Shown one piece after another: positions 1 to 9,472 of a stretch of 64,000 nt of DNA. The notes under the pieces are model-generated. The model searched no databases and was not told where the DNA came from. It was given only the letters and a program-made list of their open reading frames with translations. Position numbers and translations under genes: made by a program. The DNA comes from an uncultured candidate division Zixibacteria bacterium (lineage in GTDB: Bacteria > Zixibacteria > MSB-5A5 > UBA10806), in the NCBI GenBank assembly GCA_963801605.1, contig CAWDFP010000006.1:128001-192000 (forward strand), read 5' to 3'. Position 1 is the first letter of the stretch. Every line of letters begins with the position of its first letter.

Positions 1-553
1 TGGCAGAATCGATCATGACAGGATCGCCGGTGGAAAGAACCGCCGCGCAAATCTGTTTCGATGGTGTATATTTGCCGTTTCGCGAGGCCGATGCATACTG
101 AGTTTGAATTTTACCATTATCATCGACCAATTGTAGGACAGCATGGTCGCAGGCAAGTATATCGGATACCGCTAACGCGATTTCCGGAAGAATGCCTTTG
201 ACATCTTTTTCGGTTGAAATGAGGTTGGAAAGCTCGTAGAGAGTTTTATAAAGCTTCTTTTCTTTGGTTACGCCATCGATTTCGGTTTTAAGTTTTTCGT
301 ATTCCCGAATCAGACGCGCCACACGATCGTTGAGCGAATCCTCGAAACGCGAAAGTTTCTTTTCCATCAGATCGAGTTTGGAAAGAAGCTTGGCGTAACG
401 ATCCGAGCTGGAGATCTCGGTGGCCTCGGAGAGAAAATCTTTAAGCGTTACGATGGAGTCGAACGACCGTCTGATTTGATCGGTTGACTCCTTGCGCAAC
501 TGTTCGAGGTCGGCTGCGAATCGTTCTGATGCTCTGCTTACGGTGACTTTCAT
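1..553 (-). CDS. N-terminal part of a coiled-coil + GAF-domain signalling protein (runs off window edge; not in ORF track)
   Basis: Manual translation from ATG 553: MKVTVSRASERFAADLEQLRKE...LYKTLYELSNLISTEKDVKGILPEIALAVSDILACDHAVLQLVDDNG...AVLSTGDPVMIDSA, open to position 1. The latter part is a typical GAF entry helix/strand pattern. Confidence 0.75.
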   Translation of the reverse strand, partial: MKVTVSRASERFAADLEQLRKESTDQIRRSFDSIVTLKDFLSEATEISSSDRYAKLLSKLDLMEKKLSRFEDSLNDRVARLIREYEKLKTEIDGVTKEKKLYKTLYELSNLISTEKDVKGILPEIALAVSDILACDHAVLQLVDDNGKIQTQYASASRNGKYTPSKQICAAVLSTGDPVMIDSA

Positions 554-565
554 AACTTGATGTTG

Positions 566-594
566 ATTTTAAGATGATTGTTCTGTGTTGTCAA
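566..594 (-). promoter_or_regulatory. sigma70-type promoter of the GAF gene
   Basis: TTGACA-N17-TAAAAT on the minus strand, ending 12 nt before the ATG; no SD sequence. Confidence 0.65.
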
Positions 595-844
595 ACAAAT
601 AATAAAAATTTGAACGATGTTTGAAAAATAATTCTTTGATTTTCCTGTCATACCAAAACTAAAAACACAAATTGAAGATGAAAAGTTTTGGTTTGGATGA
701 CGAAATTAAATAAATTTTGAATCTGCGTGGAGCATTTTTTTATATGAACGTATTGGAATTCTCACTCGTCCCGATAAAAAACATCATGACTCGTTTAGAA
801 CCCGATCTATCATACCGTTAATATTAAAACCAGGTTTCGGAAAC

Positions 845-2383
845 CTACGACCAGTCGGAAACCCGTTTTTTTACCCACACTTTCCCTTTTCGCTCAGCCA
901 CACCATCGGCATGTTGAAGGTAAATCGCAAAAAGTCTATCGCGCAAATCGCTGGGGATGGCATTAACAGGCGATTTATCATTATCAATCATCAGTTTCAT
1001 AACCTGGGGATGTGGCTTAATTTTCGAATTATCAACCGGCGGAAGCAATCTTTTCTGCGAAAGCATAGAGAGCATCTGGCCGGCAGTAGCGGCATCCTGA
1101 CGGAGCGTAGTATCAGCGAGGTCCCTGAGAACATTTTTAATTTGCGCACGCTTGTAGCCACAGCGCGAGGGATCAGCTTCCAGAGCCAGAAGCATCCCAA
1201 CTATGCGGCGGCATTTCTCGCAAGCGCCGCAGGGGTAAATCCGACCATGCTCGATATGAGTGGCGTGACATGAAACCTGCTGACGCTGTAGATCGGGGTA
1301 ACGTTCGACAAGTAGCTTTTCTATCATAAGCTCCGAGAGCTGCCTGATAAGTGAAAACTGCAGAATTCCCCAATCTTTGCGCTTATAGTAGGCCGACATC
1401 GCCTGGTCAAAATAGCGGCTTTGATCGTAAAGGCCGTCATAATGCAGGATTCCCTTGTGATACATCTTGCGGGTGGTGTCGTATTCATCGCCGATGATTA
1501 GCCGGCCCAAGCCCCGTTTGCGCAAAAGAGGTAAGGCGCCAAAAATGAAGACTGCCACAGTCCAGAGTCTAATGGGGTACTCGTCGGCCCGAAAATTGGC
1601 GAAATCCTGTCGAACGAACGGCAGATGGCGCAGCATCCAGTTGAACAGACGGTCGGCGTTGGTCCAGACACGCGCTGTGCGGGGAATATGACGCTCGAAG
1701 TATCGATAGGCATTCAGGGCGGTGTACCAATGCCGTCCAGACTCGTTGACGTAGATAGCGTCGGTGTAATATTTCAATTCATTCAAGAGACCAAAGCTGA
1801 GCAGGCTGTCTTTCCCTCCGCTTGAAAGAACCGCATAGCGAGATTGATCCGAATTCCATTTATAATCGGTTAAACCGCTTTGGGACGATAACCTGTCATC
1901 GATAAATATTAATTTGGCCCTGAGATATGAATTTCGCTTTATAGCCGTAAGATGGGCGGCAGCACCGAGCAAGAACGGGTTAGGCTCCAGAAATTTTTTG
2001 ACATAAATCTCCCGGGCTGTGTTTTCAGCCATATTTTCGATAAAGATGCGATCCTGTTTATCGTAAGGGCCGTGGAATACAATCTTTTTACAGAACAGGC
2101 CATAGTTCAGCGCCACCTGTGCGGCAATCATCGAACCCAGATTTTGGGATTCTATACTGGTCGGCTCAAAAACGTCCTCATTATAACGGTAAATAAGCTC
2201 GGTGGAATCTCGCCGCGATCCCCGGACAACTGAATAAGGGGCGATGAGTCGGTTTCGTTCCAGGCGTATGGGACCGATATCGAGTTGGTCTATAACCTCG
2301 AGAATTTTGAGGGGGTCTTTAGATCGAATTGACATCGATGTATTCTTTGAAGCCTTCTTTTGCGCTTGAATTCGGATCGCCAC
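845..2383 (-). CDS. PP-loop (N-type) ATP pyrophosphatase with C-terminal Cys4 Zn site; QueC/MurL-like superfamily, function unknown
   Basis: SSGGKDSLL PP-loop; SCH-x11-CGACEKC cluster; ~500 aa, far longer than QueC. Start could be GTG 2383 or ATG 2335. Confidence 0.7.
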   Translation of the reverse strand: MAIRIQAQKKASKNTSMSIRSKDPLKILEVIDQLDIGPIRLERNRLIAPYSVVRGSRRDSTELIYRYNEDVFEPTSIESQNLGSMIAAQVALNYGLFCKKIVFHGPYDKQDRIFIENMAENTAREIYVKKFLEPNPFLLGAAAHLTAIKRNSYLRAKLIFIDDRLSSQSGLTDYKWNSDQSRYAVLSSGGKDSLLSFGLLNELKYYTDAIYVNESGRHWYTALNAYRYFERHIPRTARVWTNADRLFNWMLRHLPFVRQDFANFRADEYPIRLWTVAVFIFGALPLLRKRGLGRLIIGDEYDTTRKMYHKGILHYDGLYDQSRYFDQAMSAYYKRKDWGILQFSLIRQLSELMIEKLLVERYPDLQRQQVSCHATHIEHGRIYPCGACEKCRRIVGMLLALEADPSRCGYKRAQIKNVLRDLADTTLRQDAATAGQMLSMLSQKRLLPPVDNSKIKPHPQVMKLMIDNDKSPVNAIPSDLRDRLFAIYLQHADGVAERKGKVWVKKRVSDWS

Positions 2384-2529
2384 GGTCGAAACGACTTCGC
2401 GATGACAAGGCTCCTCTAATTAGTGGCATCTGATGTAATTGCGGAACCTGGAGGTCCCGCCTATTAAGAAAAAGACGTCAGGTTTGGGGAGTATAAAAAG
2501 CTCGACCAGGCCTGACGCCACATTTGAAA

Positions 2530-3627
2530 TCAAACGAAGCTGGTTTCGTGGCGGCTTTTAATCAATGGCGCTAAAGCATCCACCAACTTGTCGGCACCTT
2601 CGATAAGCACGTCAATTGCAGGACGGCCGGTGCTTTCGGCAATGTTGGCGCAAACAGCCTTAATTTGCGAGCGCGGTATGTTTTCATGATTTATCGTAAT
2701 CGCAACCACCGGTTTCGATGAAACAACCTCGATTGCTTGTATCTGATGCGACAGGGGATGAATCTTGTAATTGGGGAAGCCGTCGTAATGAGTTCTGGTA
2801 GGAGCGTGTTGAAGAATGACAGCGTCAGGACGAGAAGCCGCCAGAAGCTCATAGCCTCCCGGATAGGCGGGATTCAATAAACTCCCCTGGCCCTCGATGA
2901 CGATAACCTCCGGATGAAACTTATCCCAGGCCGACCAAATAACATGTTCGATCTCACCTGTCAGGAAATCGTTTACAATCGTATCGAGCATGATTCCAAA
3001 ACAAACACCCTGCATCCAGGCGGTCTGGCCGGTGCCGATCATCTCGGCCGAGATACCGGCTTTGTTCAGGGCCTCCACCAAAAGCCAGGCGGTGGTGCGT
3101 TTGCCAACCGCCGAATCGGTGCCCAATACAACAACTTTAATAGCTTTGACATCATCAATCTTGCAACTGAAAAAATGCTGTTCCGACATCGGGGGCGGTT
3201 TTCTGATATCGCGAATTGCGACGTTATGTGCCAGGGCCAGCGGAGCCAGGATGGGATCTTCGGAAATAAAATCGTGCAAACCACAATCGATATTCATGCC
3301 AAGTTCGATGGCGCGCTTGATGTCATCTCTGGCCTGCTGATTAAGTCTGCCTCCATCAGGCGCCAAGCCGATTACGAAATGCGTAGCTCGTTTGCCAGAC
3401 GCTCCTGCTGACTGGTAAGCTTCACCGATGGAACTAAAAATCGGGATTCCCTTGGTTTTGCCATCAAGCATTCGGCCGGCATCTTTGCCGGCGTGACAGG
3501 AATCGATTACCGATAGGACGTTATATCGTTTAGTAAAGCGCACCAGTCCATGCGCGGTCTTGCCGTTGGGGGTGCCAAAGGCTCCCTCGCAATAGACAAT
3601 AGCGTTACCCTCGGGAAACCGGCTCAT
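2530..3627 (-). CDS. DUF1611 family protein (DgcN-like, D-glutamate N-acetyltransferase family)
   Basis: GKTAHGLVR, GLHDF, GTDSAVGKRTT, GTGQT and EGQGSL motifs; ATGA overlap with the upstream gene. Confidence 0.85.
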   Translation of the reverse strand: MSRFPEGNAIVYCEGAFGTPNGKTAHGLVRFTKRYNVLSVIDSCHAGKDAGRMLDGKTKGIPIFSSIGEAYQSAGASGKRATHFVIGLAPDGGRLNQQARDDIKRAIELGMNIDCGLHDFISEDPILAPLALAHNVAIRDIRKPPPMSEQHFFSCKIDDVKAIKVVVLGTDSAVGKRTTAWLLVEALNKAGISAEMIGTGQTAWMQGVCFGIMLDTIVNDFLTGEIEHVIWSAWDKFHPEVIVIEGQGSLLNPAYPGGYELLAASRPDAVILQHAPTRTHYDGFPNYKIHPLSHQIQAIEVVSSKPVVAITINHENIPRSQIKAVCANIAESTGRPAIDVLIEGADKLVDALAPLIKSRHETSFV

Positions 3628-4805
3628 GCTTTCCTACCTGTTAAAACTATTACATAACGATCGCTGGGAAGAGGCTCGACGCGATGCCGTTCTACGAAGG
3701 CTACCAATCCGGCCGAGGAAGCCGGAAGGATGCTCAAACCTTCGCGCTCCAGAATCATACGTGAGTATGACAGCATGCTTTTATCACTAACATCGTCAGC
3801 CCATCCATTGGTTTGACGAATAGCCTCAAGTGCGAGATTGCCGTCAATGGAATGCCAGTTGATAAGAGGCTCGTTGATCGGAGTTTCATGAATCAAGTCC
3901 GGGCTTAAATCCTCACAAAATGGCGAGCCCTTGAGATAAGCTTGAATAATCGGATTTTTACCGAAGGACGACCCCGCGATCATGCGCGGGATTCGAGAAG
4001 TTTTGCCTCGACGATAGAGACTGACGAACCCTTTATAGATGCCTGCCAGAGTGCTGCCATTGGATACGGGCACAGCCACAGCCGCGGGAGCGTCGCGAAG
4101 CTCATCATATATCTCATAAGCAATCTCGCCATAAGCTCGGAGTTGAAGCGCGGTATTGGCGCCACCGGGATTGGCGTCATAAATCTCATCATTTTCGGCT
4201 CGTTCGCGGGAAACCAAAATGGCATGTTCGTAATCGCCGGGCACCATGACGATTTCGCTGCCGTAATTTATGATTTCCTGTATCCGCTTGGTGCGGTAAG
4301 TTTCGGGGATATAGATGATACAGCGTAAACCGGCCAGCGAGGCGGCCAGGGCAACTGCCACACCGTAGTTGCCGCAGGTGGCAGTGGTTATGGAATCGAA
4401 TCGACGGCGCATGGCATCCATAGCCTGGGCAAAGGCGACACGATCTTTTTGGGTACCGGTCGGATTACCACCGTCGAATTTAAGGAAAATCTGGCGCAAT
4501 CCCACCTCGCGTTCGATATTTCTGGCGCGGGATAGAGTGGTATCGCCAATTTCGGAATCAATGATATCCTCGAAAGCTTCCAGACGCTCGTCAAGCAGGC
4601 GATTTTTATCGGCGGCTACAATCTTTTGAGTTTCAAGCTCGGGCGCAATAGTCGGGGCCGCCGAACTGGCTCCATCAAGCAGCGACAGCGATTGGCCATT
4701 GCCGTTGCCGTTGCTCCCGTTTAGCGGGATGGTGGCTTGATCATCTTTTTGTAATTTGAAATTGTTCACTTTTCTTTTCCATTTATTAATTAAATAACCA
4801 AACAA
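3624..4805 (-). CDS. Fold-type II PLP-dependent enzyme (threonine synthase-like)
   Basis: LKFDGGNPTGTQKDR (PLP lysine), ATCGNYGVAVA, PVSNGSTLAG, C-terminal VLTG; low-complexity N-terminal extension. Confidence 0.85.
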   Translation of the reverse strand: MFGYLINKWKRKVNNFKLQKDDQATIPLNGSNGNGNGQSLSLLDGASSAAPTIAPELETQKIVAADKNRLLDERLEAFEDIIDSEIGDTTLSRARNIEREVGLRQIFLKFDGGNPTGTQKDRVAFAQAMDAMRRRFDSITTATCGNYGVAVALAASLAGLRCIIYIPETYRTKRIQEIINYGSEIVMVPGDYEHAILVSRERAENDEIYDANPGGANTALQLRAYGEIAYEIYDELRDAPAAVAVPVSNGSTLAGIYKGFVSLYRRGKTSRIPRMIAGSSFGKNPIIQAYLKGSPFCEDLSPDLIHETPINEPLINWHSIDGNLALEAIRQTNGWADDVSDKSMLSYSRMILEREGLSILPASSAGLVAFVERHRVEPLPSDRYVIVLTGRKA

Positions 4806-5221
4806 TTAGAATCATTCCATAAACCTATGGCGATTTATAGTTGAGACTACGGCGGTGTTAATTGAATAAATGTCGAGGGAACGGAGGAAAAAAGAATAGA
4901 GCCCAGGGTTACTGCGCTCCGGATTAGTCGCATCAAAGAGGCGCGATTATTAAGCTCTTGCACTTTTTTTCAAGGCGATCAACTCGCCCTGTTATCCTCC
5001 CATTCCACGCAGGATTGCCACTCATGCGGTTTTGCGAACAATTTTTATTACAAACAATAGGTATTGTCAACAAAAATGAATTAGCGAAACGTACTAATCA
5101 ATTAATTCCTGCCGCAACATCGCATTGTCATCGTTTGAATTAAACGAGAAAAGGAGGGATATGTTTCAATTATGATCGTCGCGCCGCAGATTGGGAATCC
5201 ATGACGCTTAGGACATCCAAT

Positions 5222-5809
5222 TTATTTCGGCTTAGTGCCGGGATCGAGGTCGGCCTTGGCCACCTCATCCTTTATCTCCTTAAATAAGGAATCGAAATCT
5301 TCGGGCGTATCATCGATAATAATCGAACCGGTTTGGGTCTTATCGATCTTTGTAATGCCCGGATGGCGACGTTCTACCTGTTTAACCAGAGCCGACTGAT
5401 GTCTATAAGCCAGGAGGAGGTGCTTGGTTTCGGTCTGAAAGTCTTTTTGCTGGATAGCCTGCCTTAAAGTGACGGTCAATTCTCCGAAATTACAGGGTTT
5501 GGTGAAAAAGCGATATATCTCGCCATCGTTAATTGCCCGGATGGCGGTTTCGAGATCGGCGTGTCCGGTGAGGAGAATGCGGATGGTGTCAGGATATTCC
5601 CGACGCACCACTCCCAGAAATTTACTGCCGGACATACCCGACATCCATTCATCTGAAATAACAACGTCGATGACTTCTTCGGCGAGAATTCCCAAAGCGT
5701 CTTCGCCAGAGGCGGCGGTTAGAACATCGTATTGTTCCATTTGGAGAAACCGGCGCATAACATCAATTACTTCCGGTTCATCATCGACGATTAAAACTTT
5801 GTGCGGCAT
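5222..5809 (-). CDS. Response regulator (REC domain + short C-terminal extension)
   Basis: VLIVDDE, VISDEWM (phosphoacceptor Asp), ILLTG, FFTKP. Confidence 0.9.
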   Translation of the reverse strand: MPHKVLIVDDEPEVIDVMRRFLQMEQYDVLTAASGEDALGILAEEVIDVVISDEWMSGMSGSKFLGVVRREYPDTIRILLTGHADLETAIRAINDGEIYRFFTKPCNFGELTVTLRQAIQQKDFQTETKHLLLAYRHQSALVKQVERRHPGITKIDKTQTGSIIIDDTPEDFDSLFKEIKDEVAKADLDPGTKPK

Positions 5810-6046
5810 AAATCCTTCTTTCTCAAGCCAGCATATTTGGTATTGCTCCAGGATACCCGGCCGCGTCCCTTAAAAACTGCCCCTAATCCGGGACTCTCAT
5901 CCTGAGAATTACTACTATCTATTGATTCGGCAAAATAGGATGTAAAATTAAGGGTGTGATTCAAAATGGAACACAAAATCACAGAAATCTTTATGGCAAA
6001 ATGCCCCGGATTGAGTGTCGGAAACAATAGGTCAGGCCGGTCTTAT

Positions 6047-6082
6047 TCAAAATAATAGGGCCGCCTTGGAGAACAGCGGCCC
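6047..6082 (-). terminator. Probable intrinsic terminator
   Basis: GGGCCGC/GCGGCCC stem followed on the minus strand by TATTATTTT. Confidence 0.5.
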
Positions 6083-6123
6083 ATAATTACAGGACTATCA
6101 GGTATTAGAGTGTAACTCGCAAA

Positions 6124-9100
6124 TTAATTGGCACTCGAGTTGGTTTCGCTTGATGGCTTTACCATAGGAATATACTTATCATCGACCTTTAAGGTTCCGA
6201 CCGGTGCGCAATCAGGACATGGATGAGCGGCAGGGCCACCCTTGAAATAGGAAACCATGTAGGTAACATCGAGACCGTTGAAACTGCAGCTGGCGTTAAC
6301 ATCACCTGCTACATACCAGATATGCCCCGGAGTGCATTCGCAGGAGTAAGGAGGAAGTGCGCCGCCTTTGAAGTAACCGACACTATAGGTCACATCCAAT
6401 CCGTTGAAGACGCCGCTTCCGTTAGCGTCGCCAACAGCATACTGGCAATTGGGACCGCCACTTGTTACAGTCAAAATCACGGGAACATCGACGCGAGAGT
6501 TAATCGCCGCATTAGAGAATACAGTGATATTGCCGTTGTAGGTCCCTGCCGTAAGCCGGGAAGCGTCCAGAGTAACGTTGATAACCTGCGGCGCGCCATA
6601 GACTGGTATCGAGCCGAAATTCGAATCGACCAAAAGCCAGGCGGGCTCGGTATGCAGGGTAATCAGGTAATCGTTGGTATAATCACCTGAACCATCGCAG
6701 GGGACGTTCGGGAAGGCCGGATAGCCATAAGGAGCAACGAAAATCCAATAGTCACCTGTCGGCAAGGTCATACCGGCGGTTGCAACCGTACACGGCGGAG
6801 CAATGGCGCCCCAGAGCAGCTGCTCGGCAGGTATCGAGCCGGACGGGCATCCCATGGAAGCATCGAGCACCATGATAAGCATCGGGAATTCGGCTACGCC
6901 TGTCAGAGTCAGGTACTTGGGTTCGGTTATATTGAGAAGGTACCAATCGGTATCGCGAAGGTTGGGATCGGACCAGCCGGTACCGCAAACTGAACCGTCA
7001 GCAAGAATCGGCTCAAAGGCGTTAGGGGTCGCATTGCAGCCGCCATTGACGTCCTCACCGCAAACCTCAGCCTCGGCAATTGAACCCTCGGGGCATTCCA
7101 CAACGCAGGGGACGTTTTCGAATACATTGATAACGTAATCGCCGCTTCTGCCGGATGCGTAACCGTCAACTACGATATAATAAATATTCCCGGATGTTAC
7201 ATGTATCCGGTCAAGCTGCGAAGCCGTACCGCAGTAATCGTCATTGCAGGCGATTGTATTTTCAGCGGTATTTTCCATGATATAGAGTTTGCTGTCGAAA
7301 CTGGTACCGCAGAGACTGACAGTAATATCCATATCAAACGCCGGCGAGAACGAATAGACCACATCCGGTCCGCCGACATCACCGCAAGTCCCGGTATAAT
7401 CATCAGCGGCGCCATCAGTATTGCCGTTATCGGTAAATGGCAGGACATCGATCGGATAGGCTGTATTGATATCCTCGCCGCCCTGCAGGATGCGATTATA
7501 GACAATTCCGTTATTCCGGCCGTTATTCAACAGGCTGGGATCCTTGGCAGTCTCCGCTGACGGGACAGCGCCGGTATAGAACTGCGAATTGTTGTAAGCA
7601 ATCGGCCTGTGTGAGAGAATCCTGTCAGATGTTTGGGACGTTACAATGTTGTAATTTAGCTGATCGGAGCCGATATTTTCAATCGCCAAAGGCGCGGTAG
7701 TTGAATTGCCGGCAACTAAATCGCCGGTGATCTGCTCGGGCATGACGCTCATTTCGGGTGTGCCTTCGGCTTTGATATTTATCGTATATGGACCGGAGGC
7801 AATTCCCCACTTGGACATGATCGGGTAATAATAGGTACCCGGAGCAAGGCTATCCCAGCGAAGCGTGAAGTTGTGATCCTCGCAAATATACTGCGTGTAC
7901 ATGTTGCAGCCGATGTACTGGCCGCAAGGGCACTGGTCTTCCAGCACGATAAAGCAGGTGCCGAAAGCCGGAGTTGTGCCGCAATAATCGAGCGTCACAT
8001 TGGCTGTAAAGTCAAGTGTGAAGGCCGCCCAGGATTCTGGCATCCCAAGATTGACACAGTCCATCGTCGCGCCGGTGTTATCGCCTGTTAAGGTAATCGG
8101 CGTGCCGGGAATCAAGGCAAGGGGAGTGACATCCGCGCAGTTATCGTTCGGGGGCGGAGCCGGTGATGGGCTGGAGTTCAGCCAGGCCAGGTACTGCATC
8201 GGGCACTGATAGATTGGATCGAAATTCTGGGGGGAAACATAGAAATAATAAGTGCCGGGAACGCAGTTGGCGGATATATCGATAGTCTCGCCGGCATTGG
8301 CGAACTTTACATTGAGATCAGTTAGGTTCGCGCAATCGGCCGCGTAGAACATAAAAATCTGGATGGGGCACTCGGCCACCGCGCTCCAGGTGAGGACCTG
8401 GGTTTCAGTGATCGTGGTGCTGAACCAATCTGTATCGCGGAATCGTCCGCCTTCACCGGCGAATGTTCCGGTTTCACCGCAAATGGTATCGCCAATCGAA
8501 ATCGGTATGAAGGCCTCAAGCGTAGGATCGTTGCAACCGCTGTTGTAGGTATCGACATAGCCGTCACCGCAAGATGGTTCGCCTTCAGGAATGGCGGTCG
8601 GGGGACAGTCGACATGCGGCGGTTCAAGAACCTGGATGGAGTAAGCGCCCTGCGAGGAGTAGTAACCGTCAACAACGATATAATAGGTATTGCCGGCATA
8701 AACGGGCAGCAGGTCTAATGAACCGGATGGCGGACCGGGGCAGACAGTTGAAAAGGAACTGCAGCCCACAAGATTATTTTCATCGTTTTGAAATACATAC
8801 AGGATGGCATAAAAGGATGTGCCGCAGAGATGGATATTGAGCACTTGATCGACCGGCGGTGTGTACGAATAAAAAACGTCAGGGCCGCCGACAGTGCTGC
8901 CGCAGGGGGCTTCATAGTCGTTGTTGTAACCGGTAGTAGTGCCATCATCATTAAAAGGAAGAGAAGGTATCTGGAAGGCGTCACCGAAATTGTCGCCTCC
9001 CTGGAGTATCGTCCGAGGAGTCTGGGCCGGCTCGGACGGAAGCGGATAATCGATTGCGGGAGTCGGAATGGCTTTGGCTCCCCAGTAGGGTTCCACGCCT

Positions 9101-9198
9101 GATGGCGCGGTCCTGGCGATTACATTGCTGTTGCCGGCCAGGGCCTGCGCCAGGCAGATCAGAATAAGTGGCAGCGACAACAGTAAAGCTTTCTTCAT
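6124..9198 (-). CDS. Secreted Cys-rich protein with duplicated PPC-like beta-sandwich modules and a C-terminal dockerin-like domain
   Basis: Signal peptide MKKALLLSLPLILICLAQALA; internal duplication (LQGG..I..LPF.D.G.T.G...DY...GGPDV.YS...YYIVVDGY); tail GDANGSGVFNGLDVTY...GDVNASCSFNGLDVTY. Confidence 0.8.
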   Translation of the reverse strand: MKKALLLSLPLILICLAQALAGNSNVIARTAPSGVEPYWGAKAIPTPAIDYPLPSEPAQTPRTILQGGDNFGDAFQIPSLPFNDDGTTTGYNNDYEAPCGSTVGGPDVFYSYTPPVDQVLNIHLCGTSFYAILYVFQNDENNLVGCSSFSTVCPGPPSGSLDLLPVYAGNTYYIVVDGYYSSQGAYSIQVLEPPHVDCPPTAIPEGEPSCGDGYVDTYNSGCNDPTLEAFIPISIGDTICGETGTFAGEGGRFRDTDWFSTTITETQVLTWSAVAECPIQIFMFYAADCANLTDLNVKFANAGETIDISANCVPGTYYFYVSPQNFDPIYQCPMQYLAWLNSSPSPAPPPNDNCADVTPLALIPGTPITLTGDNTGATMDCVNLGMPESWAAFTLDFTANVTLDYCGTTPAFGTCFIVLEDQCPCGQYIGCNMYTQYICEDHNFTLRWDSLAPGTYYYPIMSKWGIASGPYTINIKAEGTPEMSVMPEQITGDLVAGNSTTAPLAIENIGSDQLNYNIVTSQTSDRILSHRPIAYNNSQFYTGAVPSAETAKDPSLLNNGRNNGIVYNRILQGGEDINTAYPIDVLPFTDNGNTDGAADDYTGTCGDVGGPDVVYSFSPAFDMDITVSLCGTSFDSKLYIMENTAENTIACNDDYCGTASQLDRIHVTSGNIYYIVVDGYASGRSGDYVINVFENVPCVVECPEGSIAEAEVCGEDVNGGCNATPNAFEPILADGSVCGTGWSDPNLRDTDWYLLNITEPKYLTLTGVAEFPMLIMVLDASMGCPSGSIPAEQLLWGAIAPPCTVATAGMTLPTGDYWIFVAPYGYPAFPNVPCDGSGDYTNDYLITLHTEPAWLLVDSNFGSIPVYGAPQVINVTLDASRLTAGTYNGNITVFSNAAINSRVDVPVILTVTSGGPNCQYAVGDANGSGVFNGLDVTYSVGYFKGGALPPYSCECTPGHIWYVAGDVNASCSFNGLDVTYMVSYFKGGPAAHPCPDCAPVGTLKVDDKYIPMVKPSSETNSSAN

Positions 9199-9472
9199 TT
9201 CATTTCCCCGTTCACGTTAAGTTGCCTAAAGTGTAGTTCCGTTAAATTTTAACCCGATTTCCATTTTTTGTTAATCTTTTTCACATACAATCACATTAGA
9301 ATAAAATACTAATCTGCCTTATAAAGATTGGTTTTGGGATTGTTCAAGGGCTGATTTAGCCTTGACAATTAAGTCGAAATTAGGGATAATTAAACTCTGT
9401 CAAGATAGGGGATCGATTATAGTCGACCAGCGCGCCAACGCTTATTTTAGGACGACTTTGTTGATTCCCTTT

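Noticed and set aside
845..2383. Calling the PP-loop protein queC
   Set aside because: More than twice QueC length, SGGKDS rather than SGGxDS in a QueC context, and no queD/queE/queF nearby.
3624..4805. Calling the PLP enzyme thrC
   Set aside because: Variant motifs and coupling to DUF1611 rather than threonine biosynthesis genes; only the fold is supported.
4936..5040. Lysine riboswitch (AGAGGCGC start on + strand)
   Set aside because: Wrong strand for the adjacent operon and downstream conserved elements are missing.
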